Shown here: positions 1 through 11,247 of the stretch, piece by piece
Layout: each line of letters starts with the position of its first letter
Position numbering within the stretch: position 1 is the first letter of the stretch
Origin: an uncultured Clostridia bacterium
Lineage (GTDB): Bacteria; Bacillota; Clostridia; Christensenellales; UBA3700
Reading direction: 5' to 3'
Assembly (NCBI GenBank): GCA_945992255.1
Contig: CAMFVQ010000058.1
Span: 25,292-89,291 of the forward strand
DNA: 64,000 nucleotides
Program-made: the position numbers and the translations under genes
The notes under the pieces: generated by a model
Database searches by the model: none
What the model was told of the DNA's origin: nothing
Seen by the model: only the letters and a program-made list of their open reading frames with translations

Positions 1-1
1 T

Positions 2-184
2 ATCGAAAGCACTTACAAAGAGCTTTTCCACAGCCTTTTCCTAGAAGTCAACCCAATCCCTGTCAAGTTCGCTTGCAGCAAATTGGGACTATGCAAGAAT
101 ATTCTAAGACTTCCACTCACTCCAATGGGCGAGGAGCCAAGCAAACAACTAGAGAGTGTTATGCACCAACTAAATCTAATCTAA
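2..184 (+). CDS. dapA: 4-hydroxy-tetrahydrodipicolinate synthase, C-terminal end (gene starts left of window)
   Basis: My own translation of frame 2 gives ...LFLEVNPIPVKFACSKLGLCKNILRLPLTPMGEE...NLI*. NPIPVK and LRLPL are typical of the DapA C-terminus. It lies directly upstream of dapB. Confidence 0.6.
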   Translation: MESTYKELFHSLFLEVNPIPVKFACSKLGLCKNILRLPLTPMGEEPSKQLESVMHQLNLI

Positions 185-194
185 GGAGAAACAA

Positions 195-962
195 ATGATA
201 AAAGTTTTGATATGGGGAATCGGCGGAAAAATGGGCAAAAATGTCTATGAATGCCTCCAAAATGAAGAAGATATGGTATGCGTGGGAGGTATGGACAAAT
301 TCGCCAACCCTGCCCAATTCGATGTGCCAGTATTCCAAGATGCCAGCCAAATCAATGTTGATGTAGATGTCATCATCGACTTCTCTCGCCCTGATGCGTT
401 GGAGCCAATGATGGAATATGCTATTGCTCACAACTGCAAAGTTGTCATCGCAACCACTGGTTACAGCATTGACCAAATCGTTCAAATTGGCAAGTACAGC
501 GAAAAAGTTGCTGTATTCAAGACCGCCAACCTATCACTTGGTGTCAACCTTATGACAGCACTCTGTCGCAAGGCTAGCCAATTCCTTGGCACCAATTATG
601 ATGTCGAAATCATCGAACAACACCACAATCTAAAAGTTGACAGCCCATCAGGCACTGCCCTTGCAATCGCCAAAGCTATCAACGAAGAATATGACAACCA
701 AAAAGAATTCATCTATGGTCGCCATGGCAATGATACAAAACGCAAGCCAAACGAGATTGGTATCCATGCCGTTCGTGGTGGTACAATCGTGGGCAAACAC
801 GAAGTGTTGTTCATCGGCAAAGATGAAGTCATCACCATATCACACGAAGCTCAAAGCAAAATGGTATTTGCAGTAGGTGCTGTCAAGGCTGCTAGATATA
901 TCTCTAAGCACAGCTGTGGACTACATGATATGCAAGACCTCATTGCTACAATTATCGAATAA
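195..962 (+). CDS. dapB: 4-hydroxy-tetrahydrodipicolinate reductase
   Basis: N-terminal GxGGKMG nucleotide-binding motif and the E(Q)HHNLKVDSPSGTAL signature. GGAG Shine-Dalgarno sequence (SD) upstream. Confidence 0.9.
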   Translation: MIKVLIWGIGGKMGKNVYECLQNEEDMVCVGGMDKFANPAQFDVPVFQDASQINVDVDVIIDFSRPDALEPMMEYAIAHNCKVVIATTGYSIDQIVQIGKYSEKVAVFKTANLSLGVNLMTALCRKASQFLGTNYDVEIIEQHHNLKVDSPSGTALAIAKAINEEYDNQKEFIYGRHGNDTKRKPNEIGIHAVRGGTIVGKHEVLFIGKDEVITISHEAQSKMVFAVGAVKAARYISKHSCGLHDMQDLIATIIE

Positions 963-990
963 TCTTTCATCTTTTTAGAACTTTTCAAAC

Positions 991-1027
991 AAAAATCACT
1001 ACTTTCGAGTAGTGATTTTTGTTTTGT
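991..1027. terminator. Rho-independent terminator between convergent genes
   Basis: Stem AAAAATCACTACT / AGTAGTGATTTTT with loop TTCG, followed by a T-run. Confidence 0.6.
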
Positions 1028-1078
1028 TATTGTTGCCCATATTTGTATTTTGTGCGATATGTATCGACTTATTGGACT

Positions 1079-1720
1079 TTATTCATCTTTGGCAGATGGT
1101 TTTTCGTCCTCCTCTTCCGCCTTGCTTTCTTGCTTTTGTTCATAAGTGTTGACAGGGCGAGTTGCAAGGTTTTCGCTGCCTATTTGTTTGATATTCATCA
1201 CCTTGTCGAAAGCTTGGTCATACTTGGCTTGCAAGATAGCCATTTGTTTGCTATATGACAACATAAGATATTCTAAGTTGGCGGTAAGCACTTGTTTGTG
1301 TGCAAGATATTTTATATCGAACTGTCCTGCACACTTGAGTGCCAACACTTCTTGCCAAGTAAATTCGTTGGGTGACTTGGCATACACAGTGTTGCCCTCA
1401 TTGTCAATGTACTCGTATTCGATATAGTAAATCGATGCCTTGCCAGAGGTCACTTTGGTGTCATAGCTCACAAAGTTGGCTGTGGTAGATATACCTTCTT
1501 CTAGGATTTTCTTTTGCTCTTTGACTTGGATTGCTCTGACAATCGAGCCTACCAAACACATAAGACCTACCGCAAAGATTGCTCCACACAAGATATAGCT
1601 TACCACCATTGTGTCGGTTTTGGAGCGGTAATAGAACACCAACCCAACACCTGCAAGGATTGCCACAATGCCCACAACAAGTGGATATATTGTTGACTTT
1701 ATAGGATTTTTTATCTTCAT
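1079..1720 (-). CDS. Hypothetical membrane protein (two N-terminal TM segments)
   Basis: ORF track 1079..1756. The ATG at 1720 overlaps the upstream stop as ATGA, which suggests translational coupling. Hydrophobic N-terminus. Confidence 0.5.
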   Translation of the reverse strand: MKIKNPIKSTIYPLVVGIVAILAGVGLVFYYRSKTDTMVVSYILCGAIFAVGLMCLVGSIVRAIQVKEQKKILEEGISTTANFVSYDTKVTSGKASIYYIEYEYIDNEGNTVYAKSPNEFTWQEVLALKCAGQFDIKYLAHKQVLTANLEYLMLSYSKQMAILQAKYDQAFDKVMNIKQIGSENLATRPVNTYEQKQESKAEEEDEKPSAKDE

Positions 1721-2424
1721 TTTTTGTTGTACATTATTCTGCCACAGTTTGGACATTCACAATACAATTCGCCATTATCCATTTTGCCCCTAACTCCGGC
1801 ATTGACTTCAACGCCACAGCTACAAGCATGACTTTCTGCAAGATAAGGCACGAATACTGGTCTTTTGCCACGTTTTTTATAATCGAGATAGATACGCATA
1901 AGCTCTTCATCGACCTGCTTAGCAATCTCTTTACGCTCGGCATCGATACGCTTAGCATCTTCCATTTTACTCTTTTTCATTTCCTCGAATTTGACCATAT
2001 AAGTCTTTTCCAAAGCTGCAGCCTTGTTTGCATTCTCCATTTCTGCTTCGAATGTAGATTTCGCACGAGATAGCTCAGTGATAATTCTATCGAGTTCTTT
2101 CTCGTGTCCATCGAGCAAAGCTACACATTGGTCGAGTCTTTTGCTGTAAAAGTCGAGTATATCATCTGCTGTACTCTCTCCAATATTCTTTTGGATTTCA
2201 TCGATTTCTTTGGTAATTTTCTCATAAGATGAACTAACATTTTCAAAGTTGCCGAACAACTCTTCAGCTATCAAGTTAAGTCTTTTTACTTCCTCGACAG
2301 CTCTTTTTCTCTCGCCTTGGTAAGCAATAAGTTTCTTGGCAATGTCACTTGTACGCATTTCATCTTCAAGTTTCATGAACTCCATATCAACTTTTTGATA
2401 TTCGAGAATTTTATCAATATTCAT
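1717..2424 (-). CDS. Coiled-coil protein with C-terminal C4 zinc ribbon (COG1579/DUF164-like)
   Basis: C-terminal CSCG...CECPNCGR zinc ribbon after a long heptad-rich region. The start at MNIDKILEY is preceded by GGAGGT. Confidence 0.65.
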   Translation of the reverse strand: MNIDKILEYQKVDMEFMKLEDEMRTSDIAKKLIAYQGERKRAVEEVKRLNLIAEELFGNFENVSSSYEKITKEIDEIQKNIGESTADDILDFYSKRLDQCVALLDGHEKELDRIITELSRAKSTFEAEMENANKAAALEKTYMVKFEEMKKSKMEDAKRIDAERKEIAKQVDEELMRIYLDYKKRGKRPVFVPYLAESHACSCGVEVNAGVRGKMDNGELYCECPNCGRIMYNKK

Positions 2425-2435
2425 ATATACCTCCG

Positions 2436-3203
2436 TCAGTTGTTGTAAGGATTGGTGTCTTTGCTTGACAATTCTACTTGGATATCCAGTCCCTTCAACC
2501 ACTCATAAATTATATTCTTTGCAATTTTTTCACTTGTCCAATGTCCAAGTTCAATAAGTTTTATGTTGTTGTCCACCAGTGTCAACAAAAGCGAATGCTT
2601 AACTTCCGCCGTGATGAACACTTGGATTTTATTAGGCAAAATCACGTCTTGCACGAAGTCATCATCTCTTCCGCCTGCACCAGATATGATTGCCACTTTT
2701 TCGACAATCTCATCAAGATTGCCACTTGTTTTGATAGTGTTGTCGCCGGTAAGTTCGCTTACCTTGCTCACCAACTCGCCGAAAGCAATTCCGCCCTCAA
2801 TCTTGCCTGTACGATAGCACATATCCTTGCCATCACGCTCTTTCAGTCCAAGCTCCACTGCCAAACGGCTGTTGATACCACCGCTTGCACTGTCAAGATT
2901 GGTGTGCATGCTATAAATGTTGATGCCGTGCGAGATTGCATAGAGAAGTAGTCTGCCGTTGGTTGTCGAATGAGTGATACTCTTGATAGGAGCAAAGATG
3001 ATAGGATGATGAGAAATTATCAGATTGGCGCCTATCTCGACAGCTTCTTCAAGCACAGCCATAGTGACATCAACCACCACCATAACCTTGTCAATCATAC
3101 ATTCTTTGTCGCCCACCAAAAGACCGCTGTTGTCCCATTCTTCACACAAAGATAGTGGTGCGTTTTGTTCAAGTCTTGATATGATTTTCTCCAACTTTTC
3201 CAT
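2436..3203 (-). CDS. Nif3-like dinuclear metal centre protein
   Basis: N-terminal ...WDNSGLLVGD... and ISHHPIIF motifs. Conserved position next to trmK and rpoD. Confidence 0.85.
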   Translation of the reverse strand: MEKLEKIISRLEQNAPLSLCEEWDNSGLLVGDKECMIDKVMVVVDVTMAVLEEAVEIGANLIISHHPIIFAPIKSITHSTTNGRLLLYAISHGINIYSMHTNLDSASGGINSRLAVELGLKERDGKDMCYRTGKIEGGIAFGELVSKVSELTGDNTIKTSGNLDEIVEKVAIISGAGGRDDDFVQDVILPNKIQVFITAEVKHSLLLTLVDNNIKLIELGHWTSEKIAKNIIYEWLKGLDIQVELSSKDTNPYNN

Positions 3204-3850
3204 TATGCCATCTCCTTTTCACTGTAGAGTAAGTGCAAATATTTTTCTATATCTAGGCTCTTACTATCGCCCATAGCTTTCAAAATCTTTTCACTTTTTT
3301 CGATTTCGGCATCGAGATATGCTCTGTATACTTCATCTTGCAAGCTGTTCTTGCCCAACATAATATCGTGATAGCTAAGCTCTTCTTCGCCCACTTGTGC
3401 CACCAAAATATTGTAGAATTTTCTGCCAGACTTGACCACAAAATCCTTGTCAAGACTGAATCCGTTTTGGGCAACATAGGTTCTTACTTTATCCACATCT
3501 TTGTGTGCTACCAACACCAACTTTTCCACGCCTTGTGGGCGGTTTGCCAAAATATCCAAGATTTCCTTTCCACCCATGCCTGCAATGACAGCTACGTCCA
3601 CTTCAAAGTCTTTGTAGTCATCGAATCCGCCACAATGTTTGAATGAGATATTCTCCAATCCATATTGTTTGGCAAGCTGTTTTGCTTTGTCTAGGCTTGG
3701 AGCGGAAATATCCGATGCCACGACCTGTTCGACACGCTTTTCGATGAGTGCCATACAGCTCACTTTGCCGTGGTCACAGCCAATATCTGCTAGACATTTT
3801 CCTGATATATTGTCCACCACCGCCCTCAGTCGGTTGTCGAGTTTTATCAT
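3203..3850 (-). CDS. trmK: tRNA (adenine22-N1)-methyltransferase
   Basis: MIKLDNRL...LADIGCDHGK N-terminus typical of TrmK/YqfN. Synteny with rpoD and dnaG. Confidence 0.8.
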   Translation of the reverse strand: MIKLDNRLRAVVDNISGKCLADIGCDHGKVSCMALIEKRVEQVVASDISAPSLDKAKQLAKQYGLENISFKHCGGFDDYKDFEVDVAVIAGMGGKEILDILANRPQGVEKLVLVAHKDVDKVRTYVAQNGFSLDKDFVVKSGRKFYNILVAQVGEEELSYHDIMLGKNSLQDEVYRAYLDAEIEKSEKILKAMGDSKSLDIEKYLHLLYSEKEMA

Positions 3851-4941
3851 TATCTGCCGATGTAGTCTTTGAGTTTTTTTGTGCGGTTTGGGTGACGCAA
3901 CTTGCGGAGCGCTTTGGCTTCGATTTGTCTGATACGCTCACGAGTAACGTTGAATTCTCTGCCCACTTCTTCAAGAGTCTTTGGACGAGCATCTTTGAGT
4001 CCATATCTCATAATGATAACTTCTTGTTCACGTGGGGTCAAAGTGTTGAGTGCTTGGAACAAATGCTCTCTAAGCATAGAAGTCTCCGCTCTCTCCACTG
4101 GCGAAACTGAAGATGTATCTTCGATAAAGTCGCCAAGGTGGCTGTCCTCTTCTTCACCGATAGGTTTTTCGAGAGAAACTGGGTCTTGGGCAATCTTTTG
4201 GATTTCGATGACTTTTTCTTCACTGATACCCATAGCCTTGGCAATCTCTGCCGGAGATGGATCTCTGCCCAATTCTTGCAACAAACTGCGTGATACACGA
4301 CCAAGTTTGTTGATTGTCTCCACCATATGTACAGGGATACGAATGGTACGAGCTTGATCGGCAATCGCACGAGTGATAGATTGTTTAATCCACCATGTTG
4401 CATAGGTTGAGAACTTGAATCCACGCTCATAGTCGAACTTTTCTACTGCTTTCATCAATCCAAGATTGCCTTCTTCGATGAGGTCCAAAAATTGCATACC
4501 ACGACCAACATATCTCTTGGCAATGGATACAACAAGTCTGAGGTTGGCTTCAATCAGCTTATCTCTTGCTTGCATATCGCCAGCATTCATACGTTTGGCA
4601 AGCTCGACTTCCTCTTCGGAAGTAAGAAGTGGCACTTGACCAATGTCTTTGAGATACATTTTGACTGAGTCATCAGTGGTTGTATCAAAAGTTTCCATAG
4701 CGATTTTTTCGCTGAGTGAAGTGTTCTCAATAGTGATGCCTTTGCTCTCGAAAATCTTGAATACGGTTTCCATTTCTTCGACACTTAGTGCATATCTGTC
4801 AAGTTTTTCATTGAGTTGTTCTTCGCTGATTTTGTTGTTTTCGCTGTACTTAATCAAGTTCTCTACAGCAAGGCGAATTTTCTCTTCTCTTTTGCTTTTC
4901 TTGTCGCTGATTTCTGTCTTTTCTACTTTAGAATCTGCCAT
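3850..4941 (-). CDS. rpoD: Primary RNA polymerase sigma factor
   Basis: Regions 1.2-4 are recognisable: [36 protein letters not shown], and a C-terminal [23 protein letters not shown]. Confidence 0.95.
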   Translation of the reverse strand: MADSKVEKTEISDKKSKREEKIRLAVENLIKYSENNKISEEQLNEKLDRYALSVEEMETVFKIFESKGITIENTSLSEKIAMETFDTTTDDSVKMYLKDIGQVPLLTSEEEVELAKRMNAGDMQARDKLIEANLRLVVSIAKRYVGRGMQFLDLIEEGNLGLMKAVEKFDYERGFKFSTYATWWIKQSITRAIADQARTIRIPVHMVETINKLGRVSRSLLQELGRDPSPAEIAKAMGISEEKVIEIQKIAQDPVSLEKPIGEEEDSHLGDFIEDTSSVSPVERAETSMLREHLFQALNTLTPREQEVIIMRYGLKDARPKTLEEVGREFNVTRERIRQIEAKALRKLRHPNRTKKLKDYIGR

Positions 4942-4950
4942 ATATTTCTC

Positions 4951-6696
4951 CTATTGTTTTTTGCTATTACTTTTCGCAAGTTGAACATATTGATTGTACA
5001 ACAGTTGTCTAACTTCTTCATCTTCTTCGCTATCTATAGCTTTAGACAATGCTTCCAATTTCCTTGTCTTGCTTGTTTTCTTAATTTTGTTTATGCAGTC
5101 CTCGAAATAAGCTTTGGCTCTCTCATCGCTTACTTGACTGCCTGCTTGGAGTATTTCCCTAACTTCAGGATTCTCATCTTCCATTTTGGCTAGGTCGTCC
5201 AAGGTCAAATAGTCGAGTCCGTTGACTCTCAGTGTATCATACAGCTGTATATGATATGGATTGGTTAGATACGCCGTAATATCCTCGTGATATTTTAGGT
5301 CCTCCACACCGCCATAAAGTGCAAACAGCACATATCTCACCGCCTCATCATACACGCTTGCTTTGCGTTTGATTGTCTTTGGTTGGAGCTTAACTGGCAC
5401 TTCGGTCTGAGAATATTGTTGGTAAAGAATATCCTTACTGATACCTGTCAGCTCAACGACAATCGGCATATATGCTTCGATTTGGGCAGGATTGCCTAGC
5501 TCTTTTAGCACTTTCATAGCCTCTACCGCATATTTGCCTTTGCCCTCAGCATTCTCTAAGTCAAACTCTTCCGCCAAAGCTTTGAGCTTGAACTCGAACA
5601 GCGGCAAAGCATTCATCATCATTTCCATATAGCTTTCTTTGCCATATTTTTTGATATACTCATCAGGGTCCAGTCCCTCAGGCAATGACATAACGTTGAC
5701 ATCAAGACCTACCTTGTACAGAATATCCAATCCCCTCACGGTAGCCTTTTTGCCTGCTCCATCACCGTCATAACAAATGATGACTTTATCCACGTATCGC
5801 TTGATAAGTTTGGCTTGTTTGTCAGTGAGTGCCGTGCCCATCGAAGCCATAGCATTTTTGATGCCTGCTTGATAGAGCGCAATGACGTCCATATAGCCCT
5901 CAACCATAATGATTGAGCTTACTTTTTCTTGCATTTGGAGCTTCTTGACATTGTTTTGTCCAAATAGCTCGCTCGACTTGTCAAAGATGATTGTTTCTTT
6001 GGTGTTTTTGTATTTCGGAAGCTTGTCCTTTTGAGTCACACGCCCACCGAAAGCCACCACTTGGCGAAGATTGTTGACAATAGGCACGATGACTCTACCT
6101 GCCAAAGCATCAAAGTATTTGTTGTCTTTGAACTCGACCACACCTGCATCAACCATTTCTTTTTCTCTATATCCAAGTGACCTCAGATATGCGACAAGTT
6201 GGTTGTATCCCAAGGAATATCCCAATCCAAAATTGGTGATTGTACCGCTGTCCACACCACGGCTAAACCAGTATTCTCTAGCTTTTTCGCCCTGTTCACT
6301 CATCAAATTGGAGTGATAATAATTGGCAGTGGCACGCATAAGCTCATACAATCTGTCCTTGTATTGTTTGCGAGAAGCCTCGCCGTTGTTGGACTTAGAA
6401 AACTCAGGAATAGACTCGCCGTACATATCTGCCAAAATTTTGAGCGAACCCATAAAGTCGGTATGCTCAATCTCCATAACAAAGTTGATAGCATCGCCGC
6501 CCACATGGCAACCAAAACAATAGTAGCTGTTCCTGTCCTCACTCACACAAAACGAAGGGGTCTTTTCGTGGTGGAAGGGACAACATGCCCACATTCTACC
6601 GCCCTTTGCGTTGAGTGGCACATATCTACCTACCACGTCCACAATATTTATTTTGGACTTGAAGTCATCAAGCCATCTTCCAAAATCTTCTGCCAT
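4951..6696 (-). CDS. dnaG: DNA primase
   Basis: Zinc-binding CCPFHHEKTPSF...CFGCHVGGD motif and a TOPRIM segment (EGYMDV, DGDGAG). Located upstream of rpoD. Confidence 0.95.
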   Translation of the reverse strand: MAEDFGRWLDDFKSKINIVDVVGRYVPLNAKGGRMWACCPFHHEKTPSFCVSEDRNSYYCFGCHVGGDAINFVMEIEHTDFMGSLKILADMYGESIPEFSKSNNGEASRKQYKDRLYELMRATANYYHSNLMSEQGEKAREYWFSRGVDSGTITNFGLGYSLGYNQLVAYLRSLGYREKEMVDAGVVEFKDNKYFDALAGRVIVPIVNNLRQVVAFGGRVTQKDKLPKYKNTKETIIFDKSSELFGQNNVKKLQMQEKVSSIIMVEGYMDVIALYQAGIKNAMASMGTALTDKQAKLIKRYVDKVIICYDGDGAGKKATVRGLDILYKVGLDVNVMSLPEGLDPDEYIKKYGKESYMEMMMNALPLFEFKLKALAEEFDLENAEGKGKYAVEAMKVLKELGNPAQIEAYMPIVVELTGISKDILYQQYSQTEVPVKLQPKTIKRKASVYDEAVRYVLFALYGGVEDLKYHEDITAYLTNPYHIQLYDTLRVNGLDYLTLDDLAKMEDENPEVREILQAGSQVSDERAKAYFEDCINKIKKTSKTRKLEALSKAIDSEEDEEVRQLLYNQYVQLAKSNSKKQ

Positions 6697-7058
6697 ATCT
6701 CTCCCGAAAATTATCTATACACTTTGACACCGCCCAAAAAACACTCATTGGGATTGCCAATCTCTTGCTGTGTCAAGGCAAAATGTCTTTGCATATACAT
6801 TTGCGACGCCCATGCGAAAACTCCTAAATTATTCCAAAAATTTTTTGAATCTCAGAAAAAATCTATTACACTTCTCTCAAGGTTATTTTGCCGTACATTT
6901 ATTATTTACGCCATTATCCCCCAAAATCCTAAAATAATTCTATAATAAATAATTTTTTAAGCTATTTTATACATTTGGGCATATTTTTATATAAATATAT
7001 CAATTCTTGTTCAATTTTGCATATTGACTAATCGACAACTGTATTGTAAAATAACAGT

Positions 7059-8063
7059 ATGGAAAACATTAAATTGCGTATCGAACAACTCGAAAAAAAT
7101 AACCTTAGTCAATATGCTATGCTCTCAGCCAACACCAAAGGCAGAGATTTTCCTTGCTCGGACAACACTTTGCGTTCTGAGTTCCAGCGAGATCGTGACC
7201 GTATCATTCACTCCAAGGCATTCCGCAGACTAAAACACAAAACTCAAGTTTTTCTCTCGCCTGAAGGTGACCATTATCGTACTCGACTCACTCACACTTT
7301 GGAGGTGTCACAGATTGGTAGGACTATTGCAAGAGCTTTGCGACTCAACGAAGATTTAGTCGAGGCTTGCACCCTAGGACACGACCTTGGACATACCCCA
7401 TTCGGTCATGCAGGTGAAGCTGTGCTAAATGAGCTTGTCGAAGGCGGTTTTGTGCATTCCCAACACTCTCGCAGAGTTGTCGAATTGCTCGAAAATGATG
7501 GCAAAGGACTCAATCTAACTTACGAAGTGCGTGACGGCATCACCAATCACAAATACCATGATGTAGCCTGCACTCTCGAAGGTCAAATAGTCAAGTTTGC
7601 CGACCGCTTTGCGTATATCAACCACGACATTGAAGATGCGACTCGTGGCGGTATCATCACCGAAGATGACCTGCCAAAAGATTGTGTAGAATTGCTAGGA
7701 CACAGCAAGGGCGAGCGTATCAACAACCTTATCGTTGACATGGTTACTACTTGTTATGACAAGCCATTTATATGTCAAAGCCCTGACTTCAAAGCAATGA
7801 CTGAGAAGCTCCATTCTTTTATGTTCGAGGCTGTATATCTCAATGACAATGCCAAACACGAAGAAAAGAAAGCCAAAAAAATGCTCGAATGGATTTTTGA
7901 GCACTATATACGCCACCCAGAGCAAATGCCTGCTTTCTACCAAACACTGCTCGAGTACTACCCTCTCGACAGAGTTGTGTGCGACTATGTTAGTTCATTT
8001 ACTGACAGATATTGCACGACCATATTTACCAACTTGTTCGTTCCATCAGGTTGGAACAAATAA
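7059..8063 (+). CDS. dGTP triphosphohydrolase-like HD-domain protein
   Basis: FQRDRDRIIHSKAFRRLKHKTQV and HTLEVSQIGR...GHDLGHTPFGH motifs. Confidence 0.85.
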   Translation: MENIKLRIEQLEKNNLSQYAMLSANTKGRDFPCSDNTLRSEFQRDRDRIIHSKAFRRLKHKTQVFLSPEGDHYRTRLTHTLEVSQIGRTIARALRLNEDLVEACTLGHDLGHTPFGHAGEAVLNELVEGGFVHSQHSRRVVELLENDGKGLNLTYEVRDGITNHKYHDVACTLEGQIVKFADRFAYINHDIEDATRGGIITEDDLPKDCVELLGHSKGERINNLIVDMVTTCYDKPFICQSPDFKAMTEKLHSFMFEAVYLNDNAKHEEKKAKKMLEWIFEHYIRHPEQMPAFYQTLLEYYPLDRVVCDYVSSFTDRYCTTIFTNLFVPSGWNK

Positions 8064-8095
8064 AAAACTCAATACATATCGACCATTTTATCAAA

Positions 8096-8124
8096 AGCAC
8101 CAACTTAGATTGGTGTTTTTGTTT
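8096..8124 (+). terminator. Rho-independent terminator after the HD-domain gene
   Basis: Stem AGCACCAA / TTGGTGTT followed by a T-run. Confidence 0.5.
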
Positions 8125-8263
8125 GGTTGTATTTACATTTTTGCGTGATTTTGACACACTTTGCCCTATATTGCTTGTTTGACAACACTGCTGACAAGTT
8201 TTATGCTTTGCAAGTATGTATTATATTATATACGTTATTTGTCAGTTTTTTGATATTTGGGTG

Positions 8264-8300
8264 ACAAAAAAGTCCGCTACTGTGCGGACTTGTTTTGTTT
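8264..8300. terminator. Bidirectional terminator downstream of ilvE
   Basis: Stem AAGTCCGC / GCGGACTT, flanked by an A-run on one side and a T-rich run on the other. Confidence 0.6.
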
Positions 8301-8321
8301 GTTTAGTTTGATTTGGTTTTT

Positions 8322-9377
8322 TTATTTGATTTCGGTTATCCAACCAAACTCGTCAGGGTATCTTTCGTTTTGGATACCGGTAATTCTGTCATACAAGAAT
8401 TCGGTGATAGGACCCATTTTTCCTTCGTTGATAACCATATCAACGCCCTTGTAGCCGATTGTACCAACTGGGGAGATGACAGCAGCTGTGCCTGAGCCAA
8501 AGCTTTCTTTGAGTTCACCTTTGTTGTAAGCATCAACGATTTCGTCCATAGATATTCTTCTTTCGCTGATTTTGTAGCCGTATTTTTTCAACACTTGCAC
8601 ACAAGAATTGCGAGTAATACCAGGCAAAATACTGCCCACCAAAGCAGGTGTTATGACTTCATCACCGATGACAAAGAACATATTCATACTGCCCACTTCT
8701 TCGACATATTTGTGTTCTTTTGCATCGAGCCACAAAGCTTGGTCATAACCTAGTCTGTTTGCCTTTTCGCCTGCATACAAACTGCAAGCATAGTTGCCCA
8801 TACATTTAGCCTCGCCAGTGCCTCCAATTGGTGCTCTGACATACTCTTCTTCTACCAAAATGCGAGTTGGTTGCATTCCGTTGGCATAATAAGAGCCTAC
8901 AGGTGACAAGATGATGAAGAATTTGTATTTGTGGCTAGCATGCACGCCAAGCACTTGTTCATCAGCAATCATTGTTGGGCGGATATAAAGTGCTGTTCCC
9001 GGCTCGGTAGGAATCCAATCAGCTTCCATTTTTAGCAGCTCGAACAAAGCTTCTTTGACCACTTTGCTATCGAAAGTTGGCATACACATTCTTTCTGCGC
9101 TTCTGTTCATACGAGCAAAGTTGTCATCAATGCGGAAACATGTAATTTTGCCTGCCTTAGTCTTGTAAGCCTTAGCGCCCTCAAAAATGCCTTGTGCATA
9201 GTGCAATACGTTGGTTGCAGGATACATTTCAAATGGAGCGTATGGCACAATTTCTGGTTCGTCCCATTTACCATTTTCGTACTCCATAACTAGCATATGG
9301 TCAGTAAAATACTTACCAAAGCCAAGTTTGGAAAAGTCGGGTTTTGCTTTCAAATTTGTACTTCTTGTAACTTTCAT
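8322..9377 (-). CDS. ilvE: Branched-chain amino acid aminotransferase
   Basis: Class IV aminotransferase hallmarks: GFGKYFTDHM, YAQGIFEGAKAY, GGTGEAK. Confidence 0.9.
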   Translation of the reverse strand: MKVTRSTNLKAKPDFSKLGFGKYFTDHMLVMEYENGKWDEPEIVPYAPFEMYPATNVLHYAQGIFEGAKAYKTKAGKITCFRIDDNFARMNRSAERMCMPTFDSKVVKEALFELLKMEADWIPTEPGTALYIRPTMIADEQVLGVHASHKYKFFIILSPVGSYYANGMQPTRILVEEEYVRAPIGGTGEAKCMGNYACSLYAGEKANRLGYDQALWLDAKEHKYVEEVGSMNMFFVIGDEVITPALVGSILPGITRNSCVQVLKKYGYKISERRISMDEIVDAYNKGELKESFGSGTAAVISPVGTIGYKGVDMVINEGKMGPITEFLYDRITGIQNERYPDEFGWITEIK

Positions 9378-9391
9378 AGAATATACCCCTT

Positions 9392-10033
9392 TTAGATTTT
9401 GAATTGAAAATATCCTTTGTGTTTGATATTGAGCGTTGACTTGCCGAGTGACAAGTCAACTAGTTTTTCTTGGAATTCACCTAAGCTATCCTCTCTCAGT
9501 TGCACCACGAGTGTGACAACATTGTCATAGATAGTATCCACCAATTCTCCTTGATACTTTTCGAGTAATTGGGCTACCTTTTTATAATAGCCATAGTCGC
9601 ACACAATCTCGCCCCTGATTGCCCACACGTTGTCCACGAGTGGAGCTTTGTCCAAAGCTTTGGACACCGACGAGCTATATGCTCCTACCAGTCCGCTAGC
9701 CCCCAATTTGATACCGCCAAAATATCTTGTCACCACGGCAAGCGTCATACAACAATTGCGTTTTTTGAGTACTTCAAGCATAGGAATACCTGCTGTACCT
9801 TGTGGTTCTCCATCATCTGAAAAGCGTTGTTCAGTGGCAGAGGTATTGGATATAAAAGCGTAGCAATTGTGGGTCGCATCGCTGAATTCTTTGGCTATAA
9901 TCTTGATGTTGTTGACAGCATCTTCATAGTCTTGTATAGGTACCAACGTCGTGATAAAACGAGATTTGTTGATGACTTGTTCATCACGAAAAATCTCCTT
10001 CACGCTGTGGTAGCTATCACTCACTATGCTCAT
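9392..10033 (-). CDS. yigZ: YigZ/IMPACT family protein
   Basis: KSRFI...ATHNCYAF...[10 protein letters not shown] motifs typical of UPF0029. Confidence 0.8.
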   Translation of the reverse strand: MSIVSDSYHSVKEIFRDEQVINKSRFITTLVPIQDYEDAVNNIKIIAKEFSDATHNCYAFISNTSATEQRFSDDGEPQGTAGIPMLEVLKKRNCCMTLAVVTRYFGGIKLGASGLVGAYSSSVSKALDKAPLVDNVWAIRGEIVCDYGYYKKVAQLLEKYQGELVDTIYDNVVTLVVQLREDSLGEFQEKLVDLSLGKSTLNIKHKGYFQFKI

Positions 10034-11247
10034 TCAACAGTCACCTTGATATGGATTTTTTTGCCCTTGTGAAGCACGAAACCATTGGCAAGTTCGCTGT
10101 CTGTCAAGTTGTAATCAATGCTAGAGATTTTCTCTTCGCCGATACGGATACCGCCACCTGATATGAGTTGTCTAGCCTCGCTCTTTGACTTGCAAACTTT
10201 GAGTGCGCAAAGCACATCGATAATGTTGGTCACGCCTGCTCCGATTGTGGCACTTGGCATGTTGGCATCATCGCCACCAAAAGCAGCTTGAGCTTGGTTT
10301 TGAGCTTGGGTAGCAAGTTCTTCTCCGTGTACAATCTTGGTAACCTCGAAAGCAAGTCTTGCTTTGGCGTTGTTGATTCTTTCATCTTGATATTGGCAAA
10401 GCTCGTTGATCTCATCAAGTGGCATATATGTCAACAATTTCATACATTTTTCCACGTCGCTGTCATCGATATTTCTCCAATATTGATAGAACTCATAAGG
10501 AGTTGTCTTGTTGGCATCTAGCCAAACAGCACCCTTTTGGGTCTTGCCCATTTTCTTACCTTCGCTGGTGGTAAGAAGTTGGAATGTCATTGCGAATGCA
10601 GGTTTGCCCTCTTTTCTGCGGATAAGGTCAGCACCTGCGAGTATGTTAGACCATTGGTCGTCACCACCACATTCTAGCTTACAACCATAATTTTGGAAAA
10701 GATATAGGAAGTCATAACTTTGCATAAGCATATAGTTAAACTCCAAAAATGAAAGTCCCTTTTCCATACGGCTTTTGAAACACTCAGCTGTAAGCATTTT
10801 ATTTACAGAGAACAAAGATCCGATTTCTCTGATAAACTCAATATAATTAAGCCCGTCCAACCAATCAGCGTTGTTGACCATAATAGCAGCATTCTCACCC
10901 TCGAAAGAGAAGAATCTTGACATTTGCTTTTTGAAGCAATCGCAGTTGTGAGCGATAGTTTCGTTGGTCATCATTTGACGCATATCTGTTCTGCCTGATG
11001 GGTCGCCGATTTTACCAGTGCCGCCACCAATAAGAACGATTGGCTTATGACCAGCTCTTTGCATGTGACTCATAGCCATGAGGGCTAGGAAGTGTCCTAC
11101 ATGCAAGCTGTCTGCTGTTGGATCAAAACCAATATAAAAAGGCACACTTTCCTTTCCGAGCATTTCGTAGAGTTCCTCTTCAAACACTACTTGTTTGATA
11201 AATCCTCTTTCTCTCAATGTGTCCATAATATTTGTTTTGATTTGCAT
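10030..11247 (-). CDS. tyrS: Tyrosine--tRNA ligase
   Basis: HIGH-type motif (HVGHF), KMSKS-type motif (KMGKT) and a C-terminal S4-like domain. Confidence 0.95.
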   Translation of the reverse strand: MQIKTNIMDTLRERGFIKQVVFEEELYEMLGKESVPFYIGFDPTADSLHVGHFLALMAMSHMQRAGHKPIVLIGGGTGKIGDPSGRTDMRQMMTNETIAHNCDCFKKQMSRFFSFEGENAAIMVNNADWLDGLNYIEFIREIGSLFSVNKMLTAECFKSRMEKGLSFLEFNYMLMQSYDFLYLFQNYGCKLECGGDDQWSNILAGADLIRRKEGKPAFAMTFQLLTTSEGKKMGKTQKGAVWLDANKTTPYEFYQYWRNIDDSDVEKCMKLLTYMPLDEINELCQYQDERINNAKARLAFEVTKIVHGEELATQAQNQAQAAFGGDDANMPSATIGAGVTNIIDVLCALKVCKSKSEARQLISGGGIRIGEEKISSIDYNLTDSELANGFVLHKGKKIHIKVTVE